From contig JACWAD010000105.1 in NCBI GenBank assembly GCA_014874175.1, positions 365-64,364 on the forward strand: a DNA stretch of 64,000 nucleotides, given 5' to 3'. Source of the DNA: Thermoleophilia bacterium (GTDB lineage Bacteria > Actinomycetota > Thermoleophilia > BMS3ABIN01). Of the stretch, positions 8,836 through 19,325 are shown piece after piece; position 1 is the first letter of the stretch, and each line of letters begins with the position of its first letter. The notes under the pieces are model-generated. The model was given only the letters and a program-made list of their open reading frames with translations. It did not search any database and was not told the DNA's origin. The position numbers and the translations under genes were made by a program.

Positions 8836-9939
8836 CTACTCTTTCTCCCTCAAAAAGGTAGGAATATCGAGGGTGTCGTCGTTGAGCTCGAAACCAGGCA
8901 CTTCCCCGCTGTCTCGCGTCCCGGCGGTGCTCTTTTTGAACATCGGTTCGCTTGCGGCTTCGCGCCTGCCCAGATGACCGGGCTGCTTGTCAAAGCCTGT
9001 GGCAATGACGGTTACCTTGACCTCATCCTTGACACTGTCATCAATAACAGCACCAAAAATGATGTTGCAGTTGGCGTCGGCGGCGCTGGAAATGACCTCG
9101 GCGGCCTCGTTGACTTCAAACAGGCCCAGGTCCTGACCGCCGGTAATATTCAGCAGGATGCCGGTTGCGCCTTCGACCGAGGCTTCCAGCAGGGGTGAAG
9201 ATATTGCTGCCTTGGCGGCTTCGGCGGCGCGGTTCTCGCCGCTGGCGATGCCTATGCCCATCAGCGCCGAGCCGGCGTCCTTCATGATCGCCTTCACATC
9301 GGCAAAGTCAAGGTTGATAAGCCCCGGAACGGTGATCAGGTCGGTGATGCCCTGAACGCCCTGCCTGAGAACGTCATCCGCTACCTTGAACGCGTCAATG
9401 ATGGAGGTGCGCTTCTCGACCACCTGCAACAGGCGGTCATTGGGAATGATGATGACTGTATCAACTTTTTCGCGCAGGGCGCGGATGCCTTCCTCTGCCT
9501 GGTCGCTGCGGCGCTTGCCCTCGAATGAAAACGGCCTTGTCACCACGCCCACCGTAAGCGCGCCCGCCTCTTTTGCGATCTCGGCGATGACAGGCGCCGC
9601 GCCGGTGCCGGTGCCGCCTCCCTTGCCCGCCGTCACAAAAACCATGTCGGACCCCTTGATCGCTTCGCGGATCTCGTCCCTGCTTTCCTCGGCTGCCTCG
9701 CGTCCGACTTCAGGGTCGGCGCCGGCCCCCAGCCCCTGGGTGATCTTGCCGCCAATGTGCAGCTTTACGTCGGCGTCACACATGAGCAGCGCCTGGGCGT
9801 CGGTGTTTACGGCAATAAACTCCACGCCTTTCAGGCCGGCGTCCACCATCCGGTTGACGGCGTTTGTGCCGCCGCCGCCAACGCCCACGACTCTAATGAC
9901 TGCCAGGTAACTGCTACCAGGATCCAACATAATTGTCAA
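8836..9939 (-). CDS. ftsZ: Cell-division GTPase FtsZ
   Basis: GGGTGTG tubulin signature, NTDAQAL, C-terminal DIPTFLR peptide. Confidence 0.97.
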   Translation of the reverse strand: MTIMLDPGSSYLAVIRVVGVGGGGTNAVNRMVDAGLKGVEFIAVNTDAQALLMCDADVKLHIGGKITQGLGAGADPEVGREAAEESRDEIREAIKGSDMVFVTAGKGGGTGTGAAPVIAEIAKEAGALTVGVVTRPFSFEGKRRSDQAEEGIRALREKVDTVIIIPNDRLLQVVEKRTSIIDAFKVADDVLRQGVQGITDLITVPGLINLDFADVKAIMKDAGSALMGIGIASGENRAAEAAKAAISSPLLEASVEGATGILLNITGGQDLGLFEVNEAAEVISSAADANCNIIFGAVIDDSVKDEVKVTVIATGFDKQPGHLGRREAASEPMFKKSTAGTRDSGEVPGFELNDDTLDIPTFLREKE

Positions 9940-9951
9940 AACCTCCAGGGT

Positions 9952-11271
9952 TTAGGTTTTGCTCTGCCGCCCAAACCAACCCTTAACCTTTGCCAGAACC
10001 TCTTCCCATAACCCTAAAGAACGGGTTGAGGCTTCTGCCGGCCGGCTCGGCCCCCGCTTAAAAATACGCTCGCTTCCATATAAAATCAAGCCTACGGCGG
10101 TAGCATAGACGGGATTACTGGGGATGTCAACAACGGCTGCGGCATTGACGGGCAGTCCCGGCCGGCAGGGGAAAGACATCACCTGCTCCGCCTGCCCGCA
10201 GATACCCTCAAGCTGGCTCGACCCGCCGGTGAGAACAATCCCTGCAGCAATGCTTGAGAGATAGCCGCTTTCTTTGGCCTGTTTAAGAACGAGAGAAAAA
10301 ATTTCCTTTACTCGCGACTCGATGACGCGCGCGAGGAATTTCTTTGAGAATGTAACGGTCCTTTTTGGGCCCGTTCCGGACACGGTCAGCGAGTATTTTG
10401 CCATCTCGATGTCCTCGACCAGATGGCTCTGGGCATTGCCGTGCTTTATTTTTATCTCTTCAGCTGCGCCCAGGGGCACCTTGAGCGCCACTGATATATC
10501 CCGGGTGATATGGCTGCCGCCCACCGGCAGCACAGCAGAATGGACAAGCCTGCCGGCCACAAAGATAACGGCGTCCGTCGTCCCGCCGCCTATATCCACC
10601 AGCATCACTCCCGACTGAAGATCTTCCTCTTTCAGGCAGGCCCGGCCTGATGCCAGCGGCTCCAGAACAATGTCCCGCACCTCAAGGCCGGCCGCTTCTA
10701 CCGCTGCGATCAGGTTTTGAATCGAGCTGATGGCACCGAATACGACGTGGCCTTCCATCTCAATGCGCTTTGCCCACATGCCTACAGGCCGCTTGATGCC
10801 GTCCTGGCCATCAAGGATATACTGGCGCGGCAGCGCATGTATCATCCTCAGGTCTGGTGATACATCAACATTCTTCAGTCTTTTCAGAAGCATCTGCCGC
10901 TCCGCTTTTGTCACGCGCCCGTCCGCATTGGGATTATCGAGCGACACGCGCCGGTTCATTGAAACCATGTGCGCCCCGGCAACGCCGGCAAAGACACCAT
11001 TGGCCTGCTCCGCTACCCCGGCGGCGGCCGCTGCTGCCTTGATTGATTCAGATGCGTCTTTGATGTCAACAACCACCCCCTTGTGCATTCCCTGCGCTGG
11101 GGCGTTGCCAATGGCTGTTATCTTTCGAAGCTTCCCCTTTTCGTCAAGCTCGCCAACCAGGCAGGCAATCTTGGTGGTGCCGACGTCCAGGGCGATGACG
11201 GGCGGGTACGGGGACACCGCCCCCCTGCTGCCCGCCTGTTTTTTATTTTTCCGATCAGTCATTCCATCCAT
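9952..11271 (-). CDS. ftsA: Cell-division protein FtsA
   Basis: Actin-fold motifs (ALDVGTTKI, DIGGGTTD), position between ftsQ and ftsZ. Confidence 0.93.
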   Translation of the reverse strand: MDGMTDRKNKKQAGSRGAVSPYPPVIALDVGTTKIACLVGELDEKGKLRKITAIGNAPAQGMHKGVVVDIKDASESIKAAAAAAGVAEQANGVFAGVAGAHMVSMNRRVSLDNPNADGRVTKAERQMLLKRLKNVDVSPDLRMIHALPRQYILDGQDGIKRPVGMWAKRIEMEGHVVFGAISSIQNLIAAVEAAGLEVRDIVLEPLASGRACLKEEDLQSGVMLVDIGGGTTDAVIFVAGRLVHSAVLPVGGSHITRDISVALKVPLGAAEEIKIKHGNAQSHLVEDIEMAKYSLTVSGTGPKRTVTFSKKFLARVIESRVKEIFSLVLKQAKESGYLSSIAAGIVLTGGSSQLEGICGQAEQVMSFPCRPGLPVNAAAVVDIPSNPVYATAVGLILYGSERIFKRGPSRPAEASTRSLGLWEEVLAKVKGWFGRQSKT

Positions 11272-11996
11272 TATCCACCACCCGCTTTTGTAACCGGCCG
11301 CTGGGGGACCGATACGTCAACGGAGACGGCCTGGCCGGCGGCAGCCGCCCTGGCGATCAGCTGCTTGAGCACCTCGAACTTGAGACTGTAACTGTCGAGC
11401 GAGCCAAAGTGGACGTTAACGTTTGTTTTCGTCCTTGTGTCGATATCACCACTATTTACACTGACGTTTGTGAACTCCTGGTCAAAATTTTCAGGGATGT
11501 CGGCCAGGAAGTTGATGCCGGTGCTGACATCGGCACAACTTGCCCGATCGCCAGCGGCGCCGTTGCAGGCATCCTTGACTGTCAGCAGCGGCAGATCCTG
11601 GCCGGGGGCCGGCGCTGCAGCGAGAAAATAGCCGTCGCTTGACAACAACAGATAACCGTTTGGCGACTTGAGCCAGGCAACCGGCTGGCGCTCGCGGATG
11701 TGCAGGTGAATCGTGTGGGGAAAATCCCTGTCAATCTCAACGCCGGCAATAAAGGGATTCTGTTTCAGGACCTTGTCAACGCCGTCAAAAGAAAGGCTGA
11801 GCAGGCTGCGTCCGTCAAGCAGGGGCGCCGCCCTGGACAGGATCTGATCTGTGGGCGCGGCGCTGTTTCCGTCAACCTCGATGTGCTCGACCGCCAGCAG
11901 CGACGACTGGCTCAGCCAGAAAAAAGCAGCAACGCAAACTGCCAGAAGCAGCAGCAGGACGCTCAGCCGCCACGGCCAGTGTGAACCGCTGCTCAT
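11271..11996 (-). CDS. ftsQ: Cell-division protein FtsQ/DivIB (POTRA domain)
   Basis: N-terminal TM segment then POTRA-like region. Conserved position. Confidence 0.8.
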   Translation of the reverse strand: MSSGSHWPWRLSVLLLLLAVCVAAFFWLSQSSLLAVEHIEVDGNSAAPTDQILSRAAPLLDGRSLLSLSFDGVDKVLKQNPFIAGVEIDRDFPHTIHLHIRERQPVAWLKSPNGYLLLSSDGYFLAAAPAPGQDLPLLTVKDACNGAAGDRASCADVSTGINFLADIPENFDQEFTNVSVNSGDIDTRTKTNVNVHFGSLDSYSLKFEVLKQLIARAAAAGQAVSVDVSVPQRPVTKAGGG

Positions 11997-13000
11997 CGCA
12001 AGGGATCCAGGCCGGCGCCGCCCAGCAGCCTGACTTCCGGCTCGAGAACGACGCCGAAACTTTCATGCACGCGGCGGCGGCAGATGTTCATCAGGTCAAG
12101 AACGTCTGCAGCCTTGGCGCCGCCCTCGTTGACGATGAAATTGGCGTGCGCCGGGGAAACAATGGCGCCGCCGCTTCGCTCTCCCTTGCAGCCGGCCAGC
12201 TCCAGCAGCTCGCCTGCGCTTTTCTCACCGGGCGGATTTTTAAAGACGCTGCCGCACGTCCTGCCGCCCACCGGCTGGGAGGATGCCCTTCTGCCGCTAA
12301 ACATGGACATCAAGTTACTGATCTGGGCGGCCTTCGCCGGTTTAAGCTTCAGCATGGCCCTGGCGACCACGCCTCCTGCCGGAAGCCGGGCGCTGCGGTA
12401 GCCAAATTCCAGGCCGTCATGGTCAAGCACTGCTGTCTCGCCACCCAGACAAATTTCCACACTTTGAACCAAGTCGCCAATGGCGGCTCCAAAAGCGCCG
12501 GCGTTCATTGCCACGGCTCCCCCGACGCTGCCGGGTATGCCGGCCAGCGGCTCCAGGCCGGAGAGGCCGGCGTCCAGGGCGGCCGCCGCCGCACGGGACA
12601 GCGTGATGCCGGCGCCGCAATCAAGGCGTTCTCCCTCCCGGCTGCATTTCTTAAGGGCTCCGGTCAACCGGATGACAATGCCGGGCCATCCCTCGTCCGC
12701 CACCAGCAGGTTCGAACCCCTGCCCAGCAGGAACCAGGGCAGACCCTGGTCCGACGCCGAAGCCAGGATCGCCTCCAGGTGGGCAGTGCTGTCGGCTTCA
12801 ATAAAAAATGCAGCCGGGCCGCCGCAGCCAATCGTTGTCAGCCGTCCAAGCTCAAGCCCGGCTTCTCCCTTGCTTCCGGCAGCCTCTTCCAGTCTGGCGC
12901 GGGCGGCGCCGCTCAACCGGACCGCATCAGACAAGGCTCTCCTGCCGCTCCAGCGCCGCCAGCAGATCCTCGCCCACCTTGAAAATATCGCCCGCCCCAA
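11993..13000 (-). CDS. murB: UDP-N-acetylenolpyruvoylglucosamine reductase
   Basis: FAD-binding PCMH region (TTIGCGGPAAFF...RGSNLL) and MurB C-terminal domain. The listed start overlaps the murC 3' end by 74 nt. A GTG start near 12925 is more likely. Confidence 0.85.
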   Translation of the reverse strand: MGRAIFSRWARICWRRWSGRRALSDAVRLSGAARARLEEAAGSKGEAGLELGRLTTIGCGGPAAFFIEADSTAHLEAILASASDQGLPWFLLGRGSNLLVADEGWPGIVIRLTGALKKCSREGERLDCGAGITLSRAAAAALDAGLSGLEPLAGIPGSVGGAVAMNAGAFGAAIGDLVQSVEICLGGETAVLDHDGLEFGYRSARLPAGGVVARAMLKLKPAKAAQISNLMSMFSGRRASSQPVGGRTCGSVFKNPPGEKSAGELLELAGCKGERSGGAIVSPAHANFIVNEGGAKAADVLDLMNICRRRVHESFGVVLEPEVRLLGGAGLDPLR

Positions 13001-14318
13001 GAGTCAAAACCAGGTCGCCAGGTTTAATCTCCTTAAGCAGCAACGGCACTATGTCCCTGGGGCGCGGTATGTAGGCGACGTTTGCGCCCGGCTCCCATTT
13101 GAGCGCCGAGTCAACAATCAGCTTGCCGCTGATTCCGGGCTCCGGCTCCTCCCTGGCGCCGAAAATGTCAGTAATGATGGCAAGGTCGCACAGGTTTAAC
13201 ACCTGTCCGAGCTCATCATGAAGATAACGGGTGCGGGAGAAAAGGTGCGGCTGAAAGGCGCCGATTATCCGCGGCCAGCCGGCCGCGCGCGCCGCCTCAA
13301 GCGTTGCCCGCACTTCCGTCGGATGGTGGGCGTAGTCATCAACGATGGTGACGCCTTGAGCTTCGCCCTTGATCTGGAAGCGGCGCGCGGCGCCGCTGAA
13401 ATCGGACAGCGTCGGTGCAGCCTCGGCAGGGCTTAGGCCGACCTGGTCAAGAACCGCCAGCGCCGCCAGCGCGTTAAGAACATTGTGCTCTCCCCGCACC
13501 GCCAGCGACACTCTGCTGCTTGTCTTTCCGTTTCCGGGGCATGCCAGGCTGAAACTGGTTCCTTCCCGCGTGACGGCGACGCCGCCAGCGTGATAATCTG
13601 CTTCGTTATTTAAACCATAAGTAACTACTGAAGCCTTAGTAGCAGAAGCCAGTTCCCTAAGCGGCGGCGTGTCCCATATCACCAAAGCTCCGCTCTCCGG
13701 CAGCTCGGCCACGAATTTTTCAAATACCTGCATCACCTGGTCTAAAGAGCTGTAATGAGAATGGTGATCAAGCTCAATGTTCGTGATCGCGGCGATCTCG
13801 GGATGCAGATAAAGCAGGGAGCCGTCGCTCTCGTCGGCTTCGGCAACCAGCCAGTCGCCGGCGCCGGCGCGTGCATTGCTGCCCACGTCGTTAAGCTCCC
13901 CGCCCACCACGTAGGACGGCTCCAGGCCCAGCGACTCCATGGCGTGCGCAACCATCGAAGTCGTTGTTGTCTTGCCGTGCGTGCCGGCGATGGCGACGCC
14001 CCGTTTCATGCCCATCAGTTCGGCAAGCATCTGGGCGCGGTGACGGACAGGAATTTTCCGCTCCAGGGCGGCCTTAAGCTCCACATTCCCGGAGGAAATG
14101 GCGGTCGAGACAATCACGGCGTCAGCATTTCCCAGGTGGGCCGGATCATGCCCAAAAAAGACAGGGATGCCGCTGGCGTCAAGCATGCGCGTGAAGCGGG
14201 AACGCTTCAGGTCGGAACCGCCGACCTGGTAGCCGAGGCTGTGCGCAACCTTGGCGATGCCGCTCATGCCGGCGCCGCCGATGCCAATAAAGTGCAGTTT
14301 TTGCAAACTAGAATTCAA
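12927..14318 (-). CDS. murC: UDP-N-acetylmuramate--L-alanine ligase
   Basis: HFIGIGGAGMSGIA N-terminus, Mur ligase GTHGKTTTT P-loop. Apparent TTG start. Confidence 0.93.
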   Translation of the reverse strand: MNSSLQKLHFIGIGGAGMSGIAKVAHSLGYQVGGSDLKRSRFTRMLDASGIPVFFGHDPAHLGNADAVIVSTAISSGNVELKAALERKIPVRHRAQMLAELMGMKRGVAIAGTHGKTTTTSMVAHAMESLGLEPSYVVGGELNDVGSNARAGAGDWLVAEADESDGSLLYLHPEIAAITNIELDHHSHYSSLDQVMQVFEKFVAELPESGALVIWDTPPLRELASATKASVVTYGLNNEADYHAGGVAVTREGTSFSLACPGNGKTSSRVSLAVRGEHNVLNALAALAVLDQVGLSPAEAAPTLSDFSGAARRFQIKGEAQGVTIVDDYAHHPTEVRATLEAARAAGWPRIIGAFQPHLFSRTRYLHDELGQVLNLCDLAIITDIFGAREEPEPGISGKLIVDSALKWEPGANVAYIPRPRDIVPLLLKEIKPGDLVLTLGAGDIFKVGEDLLAALERQESLV

Positions 14319-14430
14319 AGTTCCAGTCCCCAGTTCCCAGTTTAAAAAATTGAATCGATTACTAACTTTTTGTCAAAACAGGTGCTTCGATATTTGAAAT
14401 TCGGCATTCGGCATTTTCATTGTCCACCAT

Positions 14431-15540
14431 CTACAATCCGATGTTTCGTACTTCGGCGGCGATGCGATCGGCGCCGTCACGCCGGCCCAGGGCGGCGCTG
14501 GCGGCCGCCATCTGCTCAAGGCACCCGGGGTCGTCCAACAGGGACATCACCCTTTTCCCCAGCACCTCGCCGCTAAGCTCCGCGTCGCTGATAACCTCCG
14601 CGGCGCCGGCCCGGGCCATCCACTCGGCGTTGTGAAGCTGGTGGCTGCCAGTGGCGTGGGGGTAAGGAACCAGAAGAGCCGGCTTTCCCAGCGCCGCCAC
14701 TTCCAGCACAGACGCCCCCGACCGGCCCACCACCAGGTCCGCCGCCGCCATCGCCAGGGGAAAATCATTCGTATAGTCTAGCAAATGATAATTCTCCGGA
14801 TCTGCGCCCTGCTCCTGCAAAACGCTGCTTATAGCCTCAAAATCCCGCTTGCCGCAAACGTGCACCACCTGCAGCTTCAGCATGCCGCGCCCGAATGCTG
14901 CGGCGCAGGCCATGTTGATGGATCTCGCCCCCAGGCTGCCGCCGCTAACGAGCACCACCGGCAAATCGCCGCCCAAGCCAAAGCGCCTTCTTCCCTCTTC
15001 GGGGTCGGCCGCCAGCAGTTTACCGGGCAGCGGCCTGCCGGTAAGAATATATTTGCCCTTTTCCCTTCCCTGGATAGGAAAACTTAAGCAGACGCGGCGG
15101 GCAAAAGGCGCAAGCACGCGATTGGCAAGGCCCATGTGCGAATCAAGCTCAACAATCAGCGCCGGCCTGCGCGTGACGGCCGCCATCAAAACGGGCACGG
15201 CGCTCACATAGCCGCCCCCGCCCACCACCACGCCGGGGCGGCGGCGCCTGAGAATTATCAGGCTGTCAAGGCCGCCTCTAAGCAGCGACCAGAAGAAGAG
15301 GAAAGAACGGAGGGAGAGCCGCCGCTCCAGGCCTCTGAGATCGGCCCGGTCAAGCTCGTATCCGGCCTCGGGCACCAGGCTGTTCTCCAGTCCCCGCGCT
15401 GTGCCGATGAAAGAAACGACGGCGCCTTTATGCGTGAGCGCGTCGGCGAGAGCCAGCGCGGGCACGAGGTGCCCGGCTGTTCCTCCGGCTGCGATTACCA
15501 CCTTCAATTGCTTTGAAATTCCTTGCGCCGGGAGCGGCAA
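14431..15540 (-). CDS. murG: Undecaprenyldiphospho-muramoylpentapeptide beta-N-acetylglucosaminyltransferase
   Basis: IAAGGTAGHLVPALALA G-loop, GT28 C-terminal domain. The true start is probably the TTG at about 15507, which still overlaps the ftsW 3' end. Confidence 0.9.
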   Translation of the reverse strand: MPLPAQGISKQLKVVIAAGGTAGHLVPALALADALTHKGAVVSFIGTARGLENSLVPEAGYELDRADLRGLERRLSLRSFLFFWSLLRGGLDSLIILRRRRPGVVVGGGGYVSAVPVLMAAVTRRPALIVELDSHMGLANRVLAPFARRVCLSFPIQGREKGKYILTGRPLPGKLLAADPEEGRRRFGLGGDLPVVLVSGGSLGARSINMACAAAFGRGMLKLQVVHVCGKRDFEAISSVLQEQGADPENYHLLDYTNDFPLAMAAADLVVGRSGASVLEVAALGKPALLVPYPHATGSHQLHNAEWMARAGAAEVISDAELSGEVLGKRVMSLLDDPGCLEQMAAASAALGRRDGADRIAAEVRNIGL

Positions 15541-16723
15541 TTTTACTCCGTGGATTGACTGCGATATTGAGCAGAATACCTATACTCGCCAAAATAACGA
15601 CAAGGCTGCTGCCGCCATAGCTGATGATGGGCAGGGGCACTCCGGTCAGGGGCAGCATCCCCGTCACGGCGCAGAAATTGACAGTTGCCTGGCTTATCAT
15701 CAGCGTCGTGATGCCAGCCGCCACATACTTGCCGAACGGGTCGCGGCACTTGAGCGCAATGCGGTAGCCAATAAAGGCAAAGACGGCAAAACCGAGCAGC
15801 ACTGCCAGCACGCCGATCAGGCCCAGCTCCTCGCCGATAACTGAAAGGATCATATCAGTGTGATTTTCCGGCAGCCAGTCAAACTTCTGCACGCCGTTGC
15901 CAATCCCGACCCCAAACAGGCCGCCGGAAGCGAGGCCGACCAGTGACTGGATGATCTGGTAGCCCGACCCTTGAGCGTCTTTCCAGGGGTCAAGAAAGGC
16001 TGTGATGCGCGAGGCCTGGTGCGGCGAAACCAGCACCGATAAAGCCGTCGCCACAGAGCCGCCCAGGGCCGGCAGCGCCAGCAGGCGCAGACGCACGCCG
16101 CCGATGATCAGCATAGAGCCGAAGACAATACATATAGTCAAGGAAGTGCCCAGGTCGGGCTCGACCAGCACCAGGCCGCACGCCAGCGCCGGCACGACCA
16201 GCAGCGGCAGGGCCATTTCCCTCAGGCTCGTGAGCAGCCGGCGCCGGGCAGACATTACAGAAGCCATGTAGAGGATGACCGCCAGTTTGACCAGTTCCGC
16301 CGGCTGCGGCTGGAAGCCGCCCATGCCCACGCCGATCCAGCGGCGGGCCCCGTTTGTCTTGTGGCCAATTCCCGGTATCAGCACCAGAGCCAGCAGCGCC
16401 AGGGAAGCAGCCATCAGGAATGGCGCCAGCTTGCGCAGGCGCCTGTAATCAATACGGGCCATGATGAACATTAGCGCCAGGCCGGCAGCCGCGAAAACAA
16501 GCTCGCGCTTCAGATAATAGAAGCTGTCATGGGTGTCGCCTAGATAAGAACCGGCCCAGCTGGCGCTGAAGACCATGACGACGCCAAAAGCCAGCAGCAT
16601 TATCGTCAGGACGGTGAGCACAATGTATTCCGAGGTGCCCGCCGGCCGCCGCCGTGGCCGGGCGGCGCGGCTGCCCAGCCTTCCGCCTGGTTTTCTGCCC
16701 GGTTTCTTCCCGGGTCCGCTCAA
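15428..16723 (-). CDS. ftsW: SEDS-family peptidoglycan glycosyltransferase FtsW
   Basis: About 10 TM segments, FtsW/RodA family, Arg-rich C-terminal tail. Dcw position between murD and murG. Confidence 0.9.
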   Translation of the reverse strand: MSGPGKKPGRKPGGRLGSRAARPRRRPAGTSEYIVLTVLTIMLLAFGVVMVFSASWAGSYLGDTHDSFYYLKRELVFAAAGLALMFIMARIDYRRLRKLAPFLMAASLALLALVLIPGIGHKTNGARRWIGVGMGGFQPQPAELVKLAVILYMASVMSARRRLLTSLREMALPLLVVPALACGLVLVEPDLGTSLTICIVFGSMLIIGGVRLRLLALPALGGSVATALSVLVSPHQASRITAFLDPWKDAQGSGYQIIQSLVGLASGGLFGVGIGNGVQKFDWLPENHTDMILSVIGEELGLIGVLAVLLGFAVFAFIGYRIALKCRDPFGKYVAAGITTLMISQATVNFCAVTGMLPLTGVPLPIISYGGSSLVVILASIGILLNIAVNPRSKIAAPGARNFKAIEGGNRSRRNSRAPRARAGSRRRAHA

Positions 16724-18303
16724 TTCGCCTCCGCCTTTATTTGTTTTACCAGCGAGATGAAGTGATCGCCCCGCTGCTCGAAATTTTCATACTGGTCAAA
16801 ACTGGCGCAGGCAGGCGCCAGCAGGACCACATCGCCAGGGACGGCAGTCTCGGCCGCGGCCCGGACAGCATCTTCCAGGCCGTCAACCACCGTCACGGCC
16901 CTGCCAGCCTCCCTGAAATCGGCGGCTATCCGGGCGGCCGCATCCCCCATGGCAATCACTTCTTTTACCTTGCCGCCCCCAGCCGCCTGTGCCAGTTCGT
17001 TAAATGGACATCCCTTCAGGCTGCCCCCCAAGATCAGGTGAATGCCCTTGTCAAAAGCGGTTAGCGCCCCCACCGAGGCGGCTGCGTTGGTGGCCTTGGA
17101 GTCGTTGACATAGGTGACGCCGCTGACCTCGGCCACGCGCTCCAGCCGGTGCGGCACCCCGGAAAAGCTTCTCAGGCCAACTGCTACCTCTGCCGGCGAA
17201 AGCCCGGCAGAAAGGCAGACGGCCGCAGCGGCCAGCGAGTTTTCCAGGTTATGCTCGCCCTTTACCGAAGCCTCCGGCCAGTAAATAATCTTTTCAGGTC
17301 CCTCCGGTGAGTCTTCGCCGCGGGCGCGGTCTTTCCTGCCAGCACCGGCAACGGCGGCGCCGGGAGAAGCCGCCCTGAACCTGGCTTCCAGGCTGCCGGC
17401 GGCAGGCGCGAGCCTGTCCATGTCGGCATAGATCACATTTTCGCGGGCAAAAACCGCCAGCGCGGGTAAGCCGCTGCCGGACCTGCCGGCGGCGGCGCTG
17501 CTGCCAAAACCGAACCAGATGCTGCCCGCCGGCCCTGATACGGCGGCCTCCCGCACGGCGGGATCATTCGCGTTAAAAACCGCGAGATCCCCCTCCTGCT
17601 GACGCTTGAAAATTCTCATCTTGGCGGAATAATACTCCTCCAGCGTGGCATGGCGGTCCAGGTGATCCTCGCTCAGGTTGAGCAGCACTGCTATATGAGC
17701 GCGGAAATCAACAATATCCTGAAGCTGGAAGCTGGAGAGCTCTACGACAAGAATGTCGCGCTTGTCAACGACTCCCGCCAGCGACGAGAGCGCCGTGCCA
17801 ACGTTCCCTGCCACCCGGCAGCGCCAGCCGGCCCGCCTGAAAATGTGGCCGACGAGTTCGCTTGCCGTCGTCTTTCCGTTCGTGCCGGTGATGCCAATGA
17901 CAGGATTCTGCAAAAAGCGGCCGGCAAACTCGACCTCTCCCCACACGGGCAGTCCACTCCGGCGAGCCTGGCCAAGCAGCGGAATCTCCGCCGGCACCCC
18001 GGGGCTCTTTACCAGCAAGCTGCAGCCGTCCAGAAGGCTGACGTCCTCGCTTCCAAGCCTGAGCTCGACCCCGGCCGCCTCGAGCGCCGCCAGCTCCGCC
18101 GGGGAAGCAGGTTCGGCGCTGGCGTCCGAGAGCACGACCTTGACCCCGGGCAGCAGGCGGCGGGACATTAACGCCGCCGCCCTGCCTGAACGGGCGGCGC
18201 CGACAATCAGCAAAAAACCATTAAACCGGACTTTGGATTCTGGATGTTGGACCTCAGGCACCGGAAGCCCCCGTCTTTTTGTTGCTGTCATTCCGGATGA
18301 CAA
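16720..18303 (-). CDS. murD: UDP-N-acetylmuramoylalanine--D-glutamate ligase
   Basis: GITGTNGKTTASEL, Mur ligase middle and C-terminal domains. The N-terminal roughly 24 codons overlap a heptad array, so the true start is likely near 18231. Confidence 0.9.
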   Translation of the reverse strand: MSSGMTATKRRGLPVPEVQHPESKVRFNGFLLIVGAARSGRAAALMSRRLLPGVKVVLSDASAEPASPAELAALEAAGVELRLGSEDVSLLDGCSLLVKSPGVPAEIPLLGQARRSGLPVWGEVEFAGRFLQNPVIGITGTNGKTTASELVGHIFRRAGWRCRVAGNVGTALSSLAGVVDKRDILVVELSSFQLQDIVDFRAHIAVLLNLSEDHLDRHATLEEYYSAKMRIFKRQQEGDLAVFNANDPAVREAAVSGPAGSIWFGFGSSAAAGRSGSGLPALAVFARENVIYADMDRLAPAAGSLEARFRAASPGAAVAGAGRKDRARGEDSPEGPEKIIYWPEASVKGEHNLENSLAAAAVCLSAGLSPAEVAVGLRSFSGVPHRLERVAEVSGVTYVNDSKATNAAASVGALTAFDKGIHLILGGSLKGCPFNELAQAAGGGKVKEVIAMGDAAARIAADFREAGRAVTVVDGLEDAVRAAAETAVPGDVVLLAPACASFDQYENFEQRGDHFISLVKQIKAEAN

Positions 18304-18352
18304 GCTTTTGGTTTATCCAAGATCCAAAATCCATGGTTCAACATCCGTTTTT
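18226..18352. repeat. Paired heptad arrays in inverted orientation (GGACTTT GGATTCT GGATGTT GGACC ... GGTTTAT CCAAGAT CCAAAAT CCATGGT TCAACAT CC) flanking a central palindrome GTCATTCCGGATGAC, in the mraY-murD spacer
   Basis: Direct reading. The left arm carries GGA every 7 bp and the right arm TCC every 7 bp, so the arms are imperfect inverted repeats. Confidence 0.7.
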
Positions 18353-19323
18353 CACCGCGGCACCGACAGGTAAAACATTGTAAATCCCGTGGAGGCGAAA
18401 ATGGCGCCAATGATCCAGAAGCGCATGATGATCTTCGTTTCAGACCAGGCCAGCAGCTCGAAATGATGATGGATGGGCGTCATCAGGAAGACGCGCTTTT
18501 TGAACAGCTTGAAGCTGAGTACCTGGACGATTACTGAAAGCGCCTCTGCCGCGAACAGGCCGCCGATGACAAGCAGGAGGATTTCCGTGCGAGTCATCAC
18601 AGCCAGGGCGGCGATGGCGCCGCCCAGCCCCAGCGAGCCAGTGTCGCCCATAAACACCTCTGCCGGGAACGAGTTGAACCAGAGAAACCCGACGCATGCC
18701 CCGCCAGCACAGGCTGAGATAATTCCCAGGTCCGTCCGGTTGGTAAGAAAGGCGATGGCCGTGTAAGTAAGCATTGTCACTGTTACCGCTCCTGCCGCCA
18801 GCCCGTCGAGGCCGTCGGTAAGATTAACAGCGTTTGACGTCCCTACCACAACCAGGAATATGATCAGGTAGTAAGCAAAACCGACGTTAATGACGCGGTC
18901 GCTGAGCGGCAGCCGGATGGCTTCATGCATGCCGCCGTAGTGGACGGCCAACAGGCCAACCGCCACCGCCAGCACCAGCTGCAGGCCGACTTTGCCCCGC
19001 GCCCTTAAGCCCAATGAGCGCTTCATCCTGATCTTGGCCAGGTCGTCGGCCAGTCCGATGGCGGCGCAACCAACCGCAGTGGCCAGCACCAGCAGCCCGG
19101 CAACGCTGCGCTCACTCAGAATCAGGAAAGGAGCAGCCATGCCGACGATGATCAGCAGCCCGCCCAGCGTGGGGATGCCTTTCTTGGTTTTATGATGCTC
19201 CCGGGGGCCTTCGTCGCGGATCTGCTGGCCGAACTCGTTGTCCCTGACAAAGGTGATGAATTTTGGCCCCAGGAAAAGGGTAATCAGCATCGAGGCCAGG
19301 CCGGCAGCCAGGATTTGGAACAT
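18352..19323 (-). CDS. mraY: Phospho-N-acetylmuramoyl-pentapeptide transferase
   Basis: 10 TM segments, MraY motifs (DDxxD-like region, NAVNLTDGLDGLA). Confidence 0.95.
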   Translation of the reverse strand: MFQILAAGLASMLITLFLGPKFITFVRDNEFGQQIRDEGPREHHKTKKGIPTLGGLLIIVGMAAPFLILSERSVAGLLVLATAVGCAAIGLADDLAKIRMKRSLGLRARGKVGLQLVLAVAVGLLAVHYGGMHEAIRLPLSDRVINVGFAYYLIIFLVVVGTSNAVNLTDGLDGLAAGAVTVTMLTYTAIAFLTNRTDLGIISACAGGACVGFLWFNSFPAEVFMGDTGSLGLGGAIAALAVMTRTEILLLVIGGLFAAEALSVIVQVLSFKLFKKRVFLMTPIHHHFELLAWSETKIIMRFWIIGAIFASTGFTMFYLSVPR

Positions 19324-19325
19324 GC

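Noticed and set aside
12927-13000. Large gene overlaps in the ORF track (murC/murB 74 nt, ftsW/murG 113 nt, mqnE-like/mqnA 85 nt, infB/DUF503 44 nt) as possible frameshifts or pseudogenes
   Set aside because: More simply explained by the ORF finder choosing the most upstream in-frame start. Conserved N-termini begin further downstream (for example murG at TTG about 15507, murB at GTG about 12925), and no reading-frame disruption is visible.
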